Source of the DNA: Euprymna scolopes
Taxonomy: Eukaryota
NCBI GenBank assembly: GCA_053919585.1
Contig: CM132813.1
DNA length: 64,000 nt
Reading direction: 5' to 3' (one strand)
The notes beneath the pieces are model-generated. The model saw nothing but the letters and a program-made list of their open reading frames with translations. It had not been told where the DNA came from and did not search any database. The translations under genes and the position numbers were made by a program. How positions within the stretch are numbered: the first letter of the stretch is position 1; every line of letters begins with the position of its first letter. Shown piece after piece: positions 51,859-64,000 of this stretch.

Positions 51859-52015
51859 TATTAGGGCTATGACAACAGCATATTCTTTACATTGTTTTGA
51901 CTCTTGAGTATATATCTGACACAGTTAATCAACCCAGAACCACATCGCTCTATAATCAACAGATACACAGTCGAGAGTCAAAACAAAAGAATATGCTGTT
52001 GTCCTAACCCTAATA
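51859..52015. repeat. Small foldback (MITE-like)
   Basis: Inverted arms TATTAGGG..GACAACAGCATATTCTTT..TGTTTTGACTCT / AGAGTCAAAACAAAAGAATATGCTGTTGTC..CCCTAATA. Confidence 0.8.
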
Positions 52016-52079
52016 CAACCTGGATCTTTCTTTTGGCTAAGAAGCATCTACTTGTATAAAATATTTATCTAGTAATACC

Positions 52080-52086
<7 letters not shown>

Positions 52087-52128
<42 letters not shown>
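52087..52128. repeat. (TA)n microsatellite
   Basis: Direct observation. Similar tracts at ~15311, 24388, 43635 and 54417-54466. Confidence 0.95.
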
Positions 52129-52131
<3 letters not shown>

Positions 52132-54410
52132 CAAGCACTACCACTCTAGCTTCACCATCCTTCTTCAGTTTGACTTTTGTTTTTTCTTTCAAACTTGTTT
52201 GGATTGGGTACTAAAAATATGTTCTTTAACATTTCCATAATATCTGTTTCTGGTATTCTCACTTATCAGAATTAAAAAATAATATTAACAGAATTTCATT
52301 TATCAAACACTACTTTTATACAGTATTCTTATTTTTACATGACAAAATTTTCAAAGCATTGGCTTCATGTCGACACTAATATTTGTTTTATTTTCATCCT
52401 TTTTTGATTGGATTATTTTATATTTGCACAATGTCTACTTCTGGTATTCTCGCTTAACAGAATAAGATTACCAGAATTATATTAATTGAACACTGTTTGC
52501 CTCTAATTATATAAATTTATTTTTAATATATAAGGGGCCACTTAATTTCTTTAAAAAAAAATTTTAATATATAATTCAAAACACTGACTTTCTAACAGCA
52601 ACACCTGACATTTTTAAAAAATTTTTATCCTCCCCCATCTTTGTCTTCCTCTTCTGCATACGTAAATTTTTTGCTTTAAATACAACTACAAAAGATGATC
52701 CATTTCATCGCCCAGTCATGACTAAATGTAGCAATACTGCACCATTTTTTTTCTTTAAACAGATATCTTTAGTTTTTTTCTTTTTTTTAATTGGTCCATT
52801 AGAACATTTATCACCATTCAAAGTATCAAAAAATGTGTGGTTCACGGAACATTTTGCCCTAAGTCAGTCCTATTTAAATGCATATAAGCTTGTGACTGAA
52901 AATGGTAAGAAATTTGCATAATTTACCAACTGATCCATCTTTAAAAAGCTGTATTTAATATCTTTTTAAGATATTATGATGAAATTTTGAACATATCATA
53001 ATACCATGAAAGTTCAAATGGCTGTATTTACGACCATCTCACTTTGTAACTTATGGACTAATTTAATATATTTCGGTTTCATTTTAACGGTTTTAAGTAG
53101 AAACATCATAAAAACAGCTAAGAAATCAGAGGTAAGGCTTTATGCGGAATATTGTTCTGATGGACATTATCATTTGTCATCATTACACCGTAAAAAAGTG
53201 CAAGATGGCAATCACAACACGATTCAAAGAAATTAACAAAATATAGCTCGTAGCATATCAAATTTTGTACTGTTAACAATTATGCTTTCAACTATGTTAA
53301 ACTAATTAGCATAATTTTCATTTTAATGGCTTTCAATTGCCGTAACAATTATCGGGTGGGTTTCTACTATTTTGTCTACTACTATTTAAGTCTCAACAAT
53401 GACTTAAAAATTTAAGTCATTGTTGAGACTTCAAAGATTTCAAGAGACATCACTGCCATTTTTTTTTGTTCTCATGTAATGCTTGACACTATTTGTTTTT
53501 TGAACCAAATAAACATTTACAACGCCAAAAATTTATCAAGGTAGGTAGAAGAGTAATTTATCTTGTCTTTGGTAACATTTATTAATATCCATACATGTTC
53601 CTTAGATGTATCTAATCATCTGCCATTTGCCATGCTCAAATTTCAAAGTGCATTTTATCACATCTATTTGTCATGCTGAAAAAATCGAAATTGCATTGTT
53701 GAATGCATCCATGCCTATCTAGAAGTTCATTGATCTGTAATTCTTAAATAATTTTCATTACTAAAAATATGCAGATGAAATTAATTCATCTCGAGAATAT
53801 CTGTTGTGTTCTCTCTTCCTTTCCCATTCACTTTGATACCTTCTCTTCTTGGCTTTTATCATATTAATTTGAATATTTACCAATAAAACCCTATAATTAT
53901 ATTTGGTCACAGATAGTTCAGTTGGCTGCCAACAACAAGCTTTGCTATTTTTTGTTTTGTTTCTTTTGTTCCAAAATAGTTGGACAAACTTTAAACAATG
54001 CTGTTAGTTTTAATAAAGCCAACATTGTCTTGAAACTGAATGTCTAGTCTAGACGTTCTTCTACCTCTGCAAACCACCAAACCAAACAAAAACAATATTG
54101 TTGTATTTCATACAACTTTGTGTTGACAATCATCCTTAACCAATTGCTCTTTCTTTGCTGATTGCATACGTTTCCTGCTCTGTGTTACAGTATCATGTTC
54201 TATTAAAATAGTTGATACTCTTTTAGGAAACCGAACAGTACAAATTTCTCAATGGATTCTTCACTTTCATATGGGTTTGCTATTAAACAGAATGGTGCGT
54301 ACTAAGTTACTCATTTTCTACTCTTTCTATCCTTGTTAGTTTTGTTGTATCTTAGACCGTCATAAGTTCTCATAACTGATAACCCCTTTAAGTTAGACTT
54401 CTTATTATTA

Positions 54411-54469
<59 letters not shown>

Positions 54470-57400
54470 TATTATTAATATATTCATATATTTAGACAGT
54501 CTTTATATTTAAGCAAGTTTGATTAAACAATTTCTGTTTGCCTATTGATTATTTTATTCAAATTTTCACTTTTAATGTCAGCCTTAAAGTTGAACACAAC
54601 CAAAATTATTTGCTAACCACTGTTATTAAAACAGAATTGTCTGAAGAATTTTTCTTTTCTAAAAGAAAAATTCTTTAAGATCTGAAATAATCTTGAATAA
54701 AAATGCAAAAGTTGTCAGTTTACTATTGCGAGTGTATTTGAGAATCTTATTTTAAATGCTTTTTTTATTTTTAACTATTCCATTTCTAAATGTTCATAGT
54801 GGAATGTTTGGATATTTTAGACGTGTATTATTGCAGTGTTTATCATGTAGTTCATAAATATCGGATATGTATTGAATAAAAGATTAAATTTCCGATTAAG
54901 TGAATACAAATTTCCCCTTTTCTTAAACTCACAAAAAATATCTAATGTAAAACAATTAAGAAATCGCAAAAAAAAAAAAAAAAAAAGAAAAATTTTGTAT
55001 TTTTAAAGTGATTTACATCTTAGGATATTTCACAGTAACTTTATCTTTTTGATTTTGAAATTAAATAATTATGGACTAATCTTTTGATTTCTATTGTCTG
55101 GGTGATGATCATAATCGAATCAGATTAGTATTAGACAAATACCATCAAGGCTTGATAGAATTCATTCACTTGTGTAACTGCTTAAGTAGGCTATTAACTT
55201 TGTTTACAAATAGATTCACCTTGGTTGGTGAATAGACGTAATAACAATTTTGCCTGGGAAAATCTCTTCAAAAGAGGTTATGCTTTACATGATGTGTTAG
55301 CAACTTTACACAATACAATTTCCAAAGGATCTTTATAAAATCTTGTATTTTTTAGATAGGAAGATCTGGTTTAAATTTTGGAAGTCATCTGAGATTTGTT
55401 TTGTTATGACAGTTATAATAAAATACTTTTGTTTTTCTTTCAAGAAAACGAGATGTTTTTCTTTCATTTTTTTTTTTTTTTTTTTTTTTTTCAGTGTATA
55501 GTAAAGCTTTGAATATGAATGTTTTTATTTTTGAGTATGTGAAGTACTGTGATAGAATATGTACAGTTTTTTTTTGTTTTTGTCAGCCGTTTTCATTTTC
55601 TTTGTTGTATGATTTTGTAGCTTGCCACCAAATTACAGGCTGTCTTTTATCAATATCTACATAGTATTTTAGATTATTTGGACTGTGGTTCTCATCTTGG
55701 ATGTTAGTTTCATAATCTTTCAACCAATGAAATCTTAGACCTTTTTCAGATGTGTTATGTCGAAATCGGGAATCTATAAAATCTCAAACAGAACTATCTA
55801 TATCACAAAAGTAGCTGACTTTTTAAGAAATTCATAATTATTTTATTCATCATCAAATCATTGTATTCAGTCTGTTTTACATGCATGCATTTTAAAGTGA
55901 ACGTTTAACCAAATATGATTAACGAGGATCAGTATTTGCTGTACTGAGGATTGAATCTTCAACCTCAGAAAATTGTTACTTAGAACTAATAAAACTTGAC
56001 ACCATTGATCCATTGCACAATGGGTCCTCATGGCAAATCTAGTATGAATTTTAAACCTATTCATTTTAGATGTGTAGTCTTACTAATATATATAATGTTC
56101 TAATCTATTTTTGGTTAATGATTTCCATATTTTATTAAATTATACTGGATGTATATGTACTGCTTCCTTGAAACAACTCTGCATTATTCTTCTGTCTATA
56201 ATTGTTACTTTATCCTATAAAAGTAAATTGTTTCTCTTTTCCATCTATGTTGTGAGAATAACATACAAGGTAAGATTAGTAGTCTAAATAATCCAAATAA
56301 TATCAACCCTCGTTTTTAAGTTTCAAAACATCAATATGCTTTATATTCTTTTGTATTTTGTTGTCCGATCTCTTTTCATTTATTAAAATAGTTCAAAGAT
56401 ATCACGATATTAAATGGACTCTATCTTAAGTTAAAATAAGTTAATATTTATTAAAAGTCTATGTGTGTGCTATTTTTGGAAATATACTCTGTAGGTAGCA
56501 AGTGCTTCAGCTATTTAAATTATGAATAAATAGGTGTTGATTTTTAATTCTTAAAGTTTATCTTTTTTTTTTTTTTTTTTTTCAGGGTGATCTGTGATTG
56601 AGACTGAAGATTTAGTCTGTTGAGTTTCTCCACTTTTCAAGTGGAAAGTTAGCTTTAGACCCATCTCTTAGCTAATTTTAAAAAGCTCTCTACGCATACA
56701 AAAATTGAACACTCAATTCTGACTGATTTTTTTATCTCTGACAAAGCTGCAAATGTCTAGACTTATGTAATGGATTTTTTTTTACTTGTTTTGGAATTTT
56801 AGATTACCCTTAAAGCATTTACTTTTTTTTTTTTTCATTGCATCTTTGGCGATTGGGCTATCCCATCTTTTAAAGGAGAGGGGTGATAACATAAGAACAA
56901 TGAAATGCTTTTGCACATTGTAATATAGTTATCAAATATTTTATCTTGTTACTGCATGCTTCATTTATGACTTTAATTTACCTGTAGTTGTGACAGATTT
57001 GTTTTTACTTTCTCATTTGACACATTCACATTTATCTTGTATCCAAGGGTTTTTCTATCATTCATAAAATTAAATTTCTCAAAATCAAGTTTTAAATACA
57101 CTTGCTTTTTCACATTATTGCATGGACTGGAAAAAGTTAAGGTGTTGACTTATGGCCAAATGAATTTGGGGATGTAAAAGAATAACAATTTTCTATTTTT
57201 ATAAAGTTTTTTAAAAAATCACTGAAAAAAAAAATGAAAAAATGGCTTCTTTTAAAAGCTAGAATCGATCCTTTCATAAGATGGATATTCATGCGATTCA
57301 TCTAAGTGGTGAAAATGTTGTGAAACTTAAGTGTGAGAGACTGACAGAAATCACTATTTAAAATGCATGATAGAAAAACTTCTAATCCAGAAACATGAAC

Positions 57401-58466
57401 GCATTTAAAATAATCTAAGAAAACCTTAATTTCATCACTTTTGTTTCCTGCCAAGAAATGATGCTTTACTTTGTTGCATCTTGAAATTTTTTTTTCTTTT
57501 TGTGTTTACTTCATATCTGTTGTTAGAAGTTGCCAAGTTTGGAAAAGTTCAACTTTTGATTACTCACCCTTGCTGCTGTTTTATTTAATATTCTTTCTTT
57601 TTTTTTTTTTTTTTCTTTTTTTTAAATAAACTTTTTAGTCAAAGTTAAAATCAAAAGTAAATTTAAAAAAAGAAAAAAAGTCAGGGCAAAAATTTTTAAA
57701 CAAGGAAAGTTCATAAAAAAAATGTAAATATTTAATCAGGGAGAACGAGAGAGAGAGCATAAAGAATTGTTGGATTATAATCATTGATGTAATAAAATTA
57801 AACAAAAATGTCACTGATGTTCTATGGTGCAATATTTTAATGTTTTTATTTTAAATGAAACTTAGAAAACTTTAATGCCCCCCCCCCACGCAATCCCCCT
57901 GTTATTTACATCAAATAGTATGACTAAAAACGAATATTCTCTATTCCCTCCCTACTACCTGTTCATACAAACATGCAGAAATGTAATGTGATAACCAAAT
58001 TGCTGCTTAACTCCCATCCCTGTCTTCTCTCCTCCCCTTCTGGGAATCCGTTACATTACAGTGGTAATATGCTTTATTTGAAAGTGAGCAAAAGTAAAAC
58101 ACTGAATGTTTATATAATTCAATTCAACACAAGCCTGTCAGCCTGCCGTATGGTTCTGCTAAGTTTAGGAGGCCCGTCCTCTCAGGTTTTACCTTCTCTC
58201 TGAGAAAGGGTTATTTCAGGTTAATAGCCTGAGATTCCTGCACCAGGGAATACTGTTGGGGCTACTTGGACATTTTTGTAGACCATTTTAATACCTTGGA
58301 TTTTAAAATTCTAACCTTGTCTAACATCCTGGCAAACAGATAACTGTCGCTGATCACTATAAAAACAAACGCATTGCAAATTTAAAAAAATAAAATTAGT
58401 TATATAAAAAAAATTCTAATAAATGTCTCCTAAAAATTCTCCCAAGTTTTGATTTGAATTTATGAA

Positions 58467-59140
58467 AATGCTATTAGTGCATATTACGCACCGGGTTTCT
58501 GTAAATGTTTGCTCAGGTTTGCCCTGCACCGTATGCAAACCACCTGACTATGCTGAGCACCACTCCGCGAATCTTAAAAATACTAGGAAAGAAAAAATAA
58601 CAACATTGATTGGTTACGAATTACAATATAAAAAATAAATGAAAAGTAATAAAATAAAATATAGCAACCTACCGTAAGTTTTATGAATTTTTTTTTTTTT
58701 TTCTCGCGTGATTAAAAACAAAATAGAGGGGCAGGGGTAGTTCCTCTAATCGGTTACGATATGTCTCAAGCCCACCCCACATTATCTTCTTTAAAGCTTT
58801 TTTTTTTTTTGTATGTGACCATGTCCTGCAGCTCATTTAAGATGGTATCAGTTTGTTCTGTTGACAGTATTCTATGGCTTTCTCCGGCATCTGTACTAAC
58901 TTGTCCAATATAGTTGGATTAGTTGCCATATGCTGCTCCATGATTTTAAATTAATAACTAAAAAAAGTTTTTCCTTCTTTTTTCTCAAAAAAACGTCTGC
59001 TTGGCTTCTTATAAGCTAGTCGCATTTGATTGGCTGATTAACTTGACCAACATTCAGCATACTTCGGCAGTTTTATGTAAGTTTTTCGTCCAGCCCTACT
59101 GTTTACGAGAATCCGGTTAGCAATATGCACTAGTAGCGTG
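58467..59140. mobile_element. MITE with ~38-bp imperfect TIRs
   Basis: TGCTATTAGTGCATATTACGCACCGGGTTTC / GAATCCGGTTAGCAATATGCACTAGTAGCG. Confidence 0.65.
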
Positions 59141-59466
59141 AAGTTTGTTTTCTTAACTTAAATAAAGCAAAATGAAGCAAATGTATTGTTGAAATGGTTA
59201 AGTTGATGATCAATCTTAGGTAGTAGTTCATCACATACTAAATGTTTAGTCTATTCTCCTCCTTTTCAAAAATGTACCCCCCCCCCCCTATTTCCGGTGT
59301 TCCTCTCTCCCCAAACAAATAATGTCTATTCTTTTAAATTCTTTGCTAATTGTAGGAAGTATTTAACTCTAACAACCATGACTGGTTGCTAAGTCTATTA
59401 ACTTCTTTGTTGACTTGATTGCTCTCCTGAAATCTCCTTTTTATTATGAAATTTCTGTATATCTGA

Positions 59467-59873
59467 CTAGCTTTGCCCTGTCGTAAAATATGCTTAAATA
59501 TGATATTTTAATTTCTCCAGATTTCATATATATCATTATAGTCGTGGTTTTAAAAGTGAAAAAAGTATTTGGGTACCATCAGCTAGAATTGAAACCGAAA
59601 GCAAAACTGTAACATTCAAAGCTGGCGATGTTACCATCGTACAAACATGACACGCATATGAACTGATTAAAAATAAACTAAGGTGAATGTACAAAATGTA
59701 TAATGATTTTTTTTTTTTTTCAATTTTGACCCATTTTTAACCCCTTAAAAACTATTTTAACTGGCTAAAGACACATAAAAGAACAGTCCATAAAAAATCC
59801 AGCGCCACTCTGCGACTTTTAGTTTCAGAGGAGATAGTTTTAAAATATGGAAACGGGCACTTATATATATATA
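59467..59873 (-). mobile_element. Non-autonomous Helitron-like element
   Basis: CTAG terminus at 59467 related to 15850, and a TATA-rich 5' end near 59873. Confidence 0.55.
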
Positions 59874-59989
59874 ATGTGTGTATATTTCTGGTCTATCTCA
59901 CTTAGAATTCATTTTCATGGTAATCTGTTCAAAGTGTAAGTTTATCAGTGATTATAAGGTGTATTCAACACAACAAGGTCAATAAATTT

Positions 59990-60260
59990 GAGGGCCTCTA
60001 ATTGCTCAATTTATTTAAAGATACCAGGAACAAACTATAAAAGTTGGCTTGTTTCTATTGGTTGTTCGCAGCAAAATTACAAATTATTTTTAAGTTGGGG
60101 ACTGCATTTTCTTTCTTGCAAGTATAGTATCCTACCATTCATAAGTTTGGTTTACAATTTCCAATGTCAGTGTGTGCTCTATGTAGGGCATACTACTAAG
60201 CAGTTGGAGGTGAGAATTTTTCAACACATTCGTAGTAATATTGGTAGTTGTAGATGAATA
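59990..60260 (+). mobile_element. Penelope-like GIY-YIG endonuclease fragment
   Basis: SLVYNFQCQCVLYVGHTTKQLEVRIFQH. Confidence 0.75.
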
Positions 60261-60364
60261 TTTCTTGTGTCAAATCTTAGTACAAGTTGTTTTTATTCAG
60301 AGAGCGTGATCTCAACATCTGAAAAATATTAGCTGTACTTATGAATATGTGATAATCATTTTTG

Positions 60365-61685
60365 TTTATAATTGGCCACAAGTTTTTCACACTGGTCCAC
60401 TGTTACTCTACCTTGTTTTTCCGTGAATGGTTTCTCTAATTTCTTGATATTTTGTGGATTCTTCTAATGAATTTTAACCTTCAAAGTATTTTACAAATTC
60501 TCAATTGGATTCAAGTCAGGAGACTGACTTGAATCCAATCCAGAGTATCATTATTTTTAAACCATTCCTTTGTAAGTTTTGCGGTATATTTGGGGTCATA
60601 GTCATGTTGAAGCACAAAATTCCCACCATGTCATAAAGAAGTTGCAGATTTCTGCAGGTTCTTCTCTCGAAATATGCTACCATTCATTCTACCATGGATA
60701 TCTTGTTACTCACGAGTGCCCTTGTATGAAAAGCACACCTATATCATATAGAATCGCCCCTAAACTTAACTGTGGGGATGATATTGTGTTTGTTGAAGGC
60801 AGTGTCATTTTTTTTCACTAAACACTTGTGACTGTGTTCCTTCCGAATAGTTCAACTTTCATCTCCTCCAACTAGATTAACTGTTCCCAGAACTGCATAC
60901 CTTGTTTTTCATAAGTTTCAATAAACTTTAGGCAATTTTTGACATGTTTGGTTTTAAGTAAAGGCACTTTTCTTGATGATCTTGAATGTAAGTCTGTACA
61001 ATATAAAGGTCTGCTAATTAATTGTATCCTTTCTTTAATTCCAAAATTAGTTTTAATTTTGGAACAAGTAATGAAGTTTGTTTTTTTTTGTGTTTTTTTT
61101 TTCTCGCATTTCTGCTGATCCATCTTAAAGTACTCTCATTTATTTATTTTTTTATCTTCCCTTTTTGGACGGTTTCTTTTACTGTTACTAGTTGTACTTT
61201 CTGATATTTCCTACTGTTTTTAGTGTCAGATTAATTTCTTTGCTAATTTTTATGTAACCTTGTCTCCTTTTGTGACGTTCAATGATTCTATCTTGCATAT
61301 CCATGGATAATTCTTTAGTTTTTGCCATCTTTAATTCTTGTATCGCAAAATGCACATCAGAGGGTTAGATGATTAGTCGCACTATCATGTAAACAATCGT
61401 GTGTTTCTTTGATTGGATACTATTCCGATACTATTGTAAATTTGAATGTTTAAAATCTTTAAAATACAAAGTTTTAATTGGAAATTTAAAAAAGTGTCAT
61501 GTGTCCAATACTTTTGTATAGGGCAATTTTGAACTTTGATTTAAAAAAAAAAAAATGGATACAACCATGAATTTTTATTTTTCCTTTCACATACAACTAA
61601 AACAACTTCGAGATATTGCTTGCAAAATATAAGGCAAAATTGTGAATCGTAACAAAAAAATAACATCCAATATTTATGTATCACT
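60365..61685 (-). mobile_element. Decayed Tc1-like transposon
   Basis: ATG at 61328: MAKTKELSMDMQDRII..QGYIKISKE; also QHDYDPKYTAK and SQSPDLNPIENL. Confidence 0.88.
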
Positions 61686-61695
61686 AATATATATA

Positions 61696-61766
61696 TTAGG
61701 TTGGTGCCAAAATGTCATTTTTGAACGTTTAACTTCAAGTCAGAAAACATTTTTGCACCAACCTAA
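61696..61766. mobile_element. 71-bp mariner-derived MITE (Made1-like)
   Basis: TA|TTAGGTTGGTGCCAAAATG...CATTTTTGCACCAACCTAA|TA. Confidence 0.85.
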
Positions 61767-61889
61767 TATATATTATAATTTTTTTTTTTTTTTTTTTGTC
61801 TATTGATATTCATATTAAAAATCCTTTTTTCTATTTATATAAAAAGAAAATACAACTTAATTATATATGGATTCTGGAATTGCATTCAT

Positions 61890-62492
61890 CTGCAAAAGAT
61901 CTAGCTAATTTGCATATTCTTTTAAACATTCATTTTAATTCCCTTTAAGTTTTTTCGGTTTTCTTATAGAATGATCATCTTTAGTTAAATATTGTGCATA
62001 ATTATATTCATGCAGATATTCTACATGATTTATACTTGTGCAATGTTTGCATAAAAAGGTTATATTAAACACAAACCTCTTTCTATATATATTTATGTAT
62101 GCGTATGTGTTTCAAAAATGTTACCTACCAGACTCCTGTCAGTTTTTGGTCTAAAGACATGAAACTTAATATATAGTGTATTCGAACTTATGTTAAACTT
62201 TATATTTGGGTTTTAGCTGGGGAAAATTAGTGCAAAAGTGTGAAAGAAAAATCAAAAACAATGTAACTTGACAGGTGATGGTCGAACGATAGCATTACGA
62301 ATATGTATACATAGCATAATAGCTATTGGTTCATGTTTTAATTTTTAGCCTTGCAGCAAATGTGTCTTCAAGGCTCAGGCATTAAGGTCAAAGGAAAAAG
62401 TTAATCATAAGCTGAACGTTTTGGTTTCGATTCTCGGTGGTAGTGCACAAGTCTTTTTAACTTTTTAAAGCATTACTATATATTGGATCCAA
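61890..62492 (+). mobile_element. Inverted copy of the 15930-16870 repeat
   Basis: Collinear reverse-complement homology. Lacks the Penelope-like insert. Confidence 0.75.
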
Positions 62493-62644
62493 CCTTTTAC
62501 AGACTTCTGATTATGGATTTTATTGGAATCATTTCATTGTTCATTTTTTTTATCCCTTGGTTGAACACCTTAATAAATTTTTGTAAATTTTCCATTTAGA
62601 TGTAACTCAATTTCACAATTAGTGAAAGCTTGTCCCATATTCAA

Positions 62645-63360
62645 TTGACAAAATTCAATCTTATGCTTCAAAGATCGGCATGAAGATAAACACCAATAAG
62701 ACAGTTACTGATGGCAGGTCTCCTTCCAAATCAAAAACAACCGGTCGTCCTCAGCACAGAAGGCCTTGAAGAGATTGATTAGTTCAAATATCTTGACTCC
62801 ATGACTGCAACAGGCCAAGTGAAGGAAGACAATCTCAACTGCATCAGCAATGTTTACCCCACTTTCTTTCGACTTTGAACATTGATCTGGTCTTGAAAAG
62901 AAATAAGGTTGAACACCTAAGTCAGGATCTGATAGGCCCTCATCTGCAGTATTCTCCTTTGTTGCTGTGAGACTTGGCCTATGCTGGCAAGTAACCTACA
63001 GATCTTCCGACAATAGTTTATTTCAAACAGTACAATTCAAGCTCTCTGCAAGATTCACTCCCTCCAAAAATCTCCTTGTAAGATGCCTTCGTTGGTTCGG
63101 CCACACCTGTTGACGACACTGAGATGACTTCATCAACCCAGCACCACCAACAGGCTAGAAGAAATGTTGTGGTCAAATCAAAACCTGACTCGGGTGAAGC
63201 AGGATGCTACACTGATCATGAGCCCTCATCTTTACAGGGCCTGTTGCTGGAGCCGCAAATGGCTTAGTGGAAGCAGCCTTAGATCGCAGTGCCTGGTCAG
63301 CCAGTGGTGAATTTGTTGGAAAGAGCCGACCGAACTGACCCAGGGTGAATGTCATGACAT
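62645..63360 (+). mobile_element. RTE-clade LINE 3' fragment
   Basis: SYASKIGMKINTNKT, FKYL, CETWPM, LRWFGH. Related to 33440-33885. Confidence 0.8.
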
Positions 63361-64000
63361 GACCTATTTCATAATCAACAGAAGAACAAAAGTTAGCATT
63401 GTTAATCAGTGTTATTCAATCGATTCAGAAAAAAAAAAAATTCTCTAAATGATAAATAAAAAAAAATTAGCTAATTGTTAATATTAGAAAGTTTAGCTGA
63501 TAAATTATTATTGTCAAATTCTAGATAAATTCTTTGCCATTTCATTTATTAACTATTTATTTCTTTAAATATATTTCGTGTGCCGGGTGTGGCCGAACCA
63601 ACACAGGCATCTTGCAAGGAGAGGTATTAAAAATAGCATCTTGAATATACACATTCAGGATTAAGACTTAATATATTTTGTTCTTTTGTCTAATACAACT
63701 TTTGAAATACTAAAATAATGTCACCATGTTATTTTTATTTTTTTAATTTAAAAAAATAAAAATTTAGATCACAAACATGCTAAATTATTTTTATTGTCTA
63801 AGCATTTAAGTTTTGAACTCAGATGGACATACAGATGAATCCCATTTCTGTATATATAGATGGAACTTCAACAGTATTAAGGTTTTAATTTACAAAAATA
63901 TAAAGTCAGATATGTTTATGTATTTGTATATATAGAATTTGCTTAACTAATTGACCATCCATTGAGTTTTAGAACAGCTGCTAGATGTAGGAGGTTTAAC

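Noticed and set aside
52022-52042. Another U2 5'-end-like match (CTTTTGGCTAAGA)
   Set aside because: Only ~13 nt match and there is no associated Tx1 sequence, so it is compatible with chance.

Overview
This is AT-rich eukaryotic (invertebrate-animal-like) DNA, mostly intronic or intergenic and densely layered with decayed transposable elements. No intact long ORF, prokaryotic gene or CRISPR array is present. Recognisable elements are: a Ty3/Gypsy gag-pol remnant (1.8-5.8 kb); four copies of one Tx1-clade (L1-like, APE+RT) LINE family; RTE, RTEX, CR1-group, R1/LOA and R4-like LINE fragments; two mariner copies carrying nested insertions; Tc1, Chapaev3-like and hAT elements and MITEs; a deleted autonomous Helitron plus many non-autonomous Helitrons, including a head-to-tail triple and a chimera; Penelope-derived foldbacks with hammerhead-like cores; and a 5S-derived SINE-like piece. 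A few short + strand candidate exons (best: 45044-45105) suggest the window lies inside a long-intron host gene that I cannot name. The most unusual signal is in the Tx1 family. All three copies with an intact 3' end finish in a ~26-nt piece of U2 snRNA covering the branch-point recognition region. One truncated copy is also capped at its 5' junction by U2 nt ~1-27. Two diverged copies share a further ~150-180-nt non-U2 tail beyond the U2 stub. This suggests a U2-targeting (Keno-like) lineage that carries its target sequence plus a foreign 3' tail. Family names come from motif recognition by eye, not from database searches, and many boundaries are approximate.
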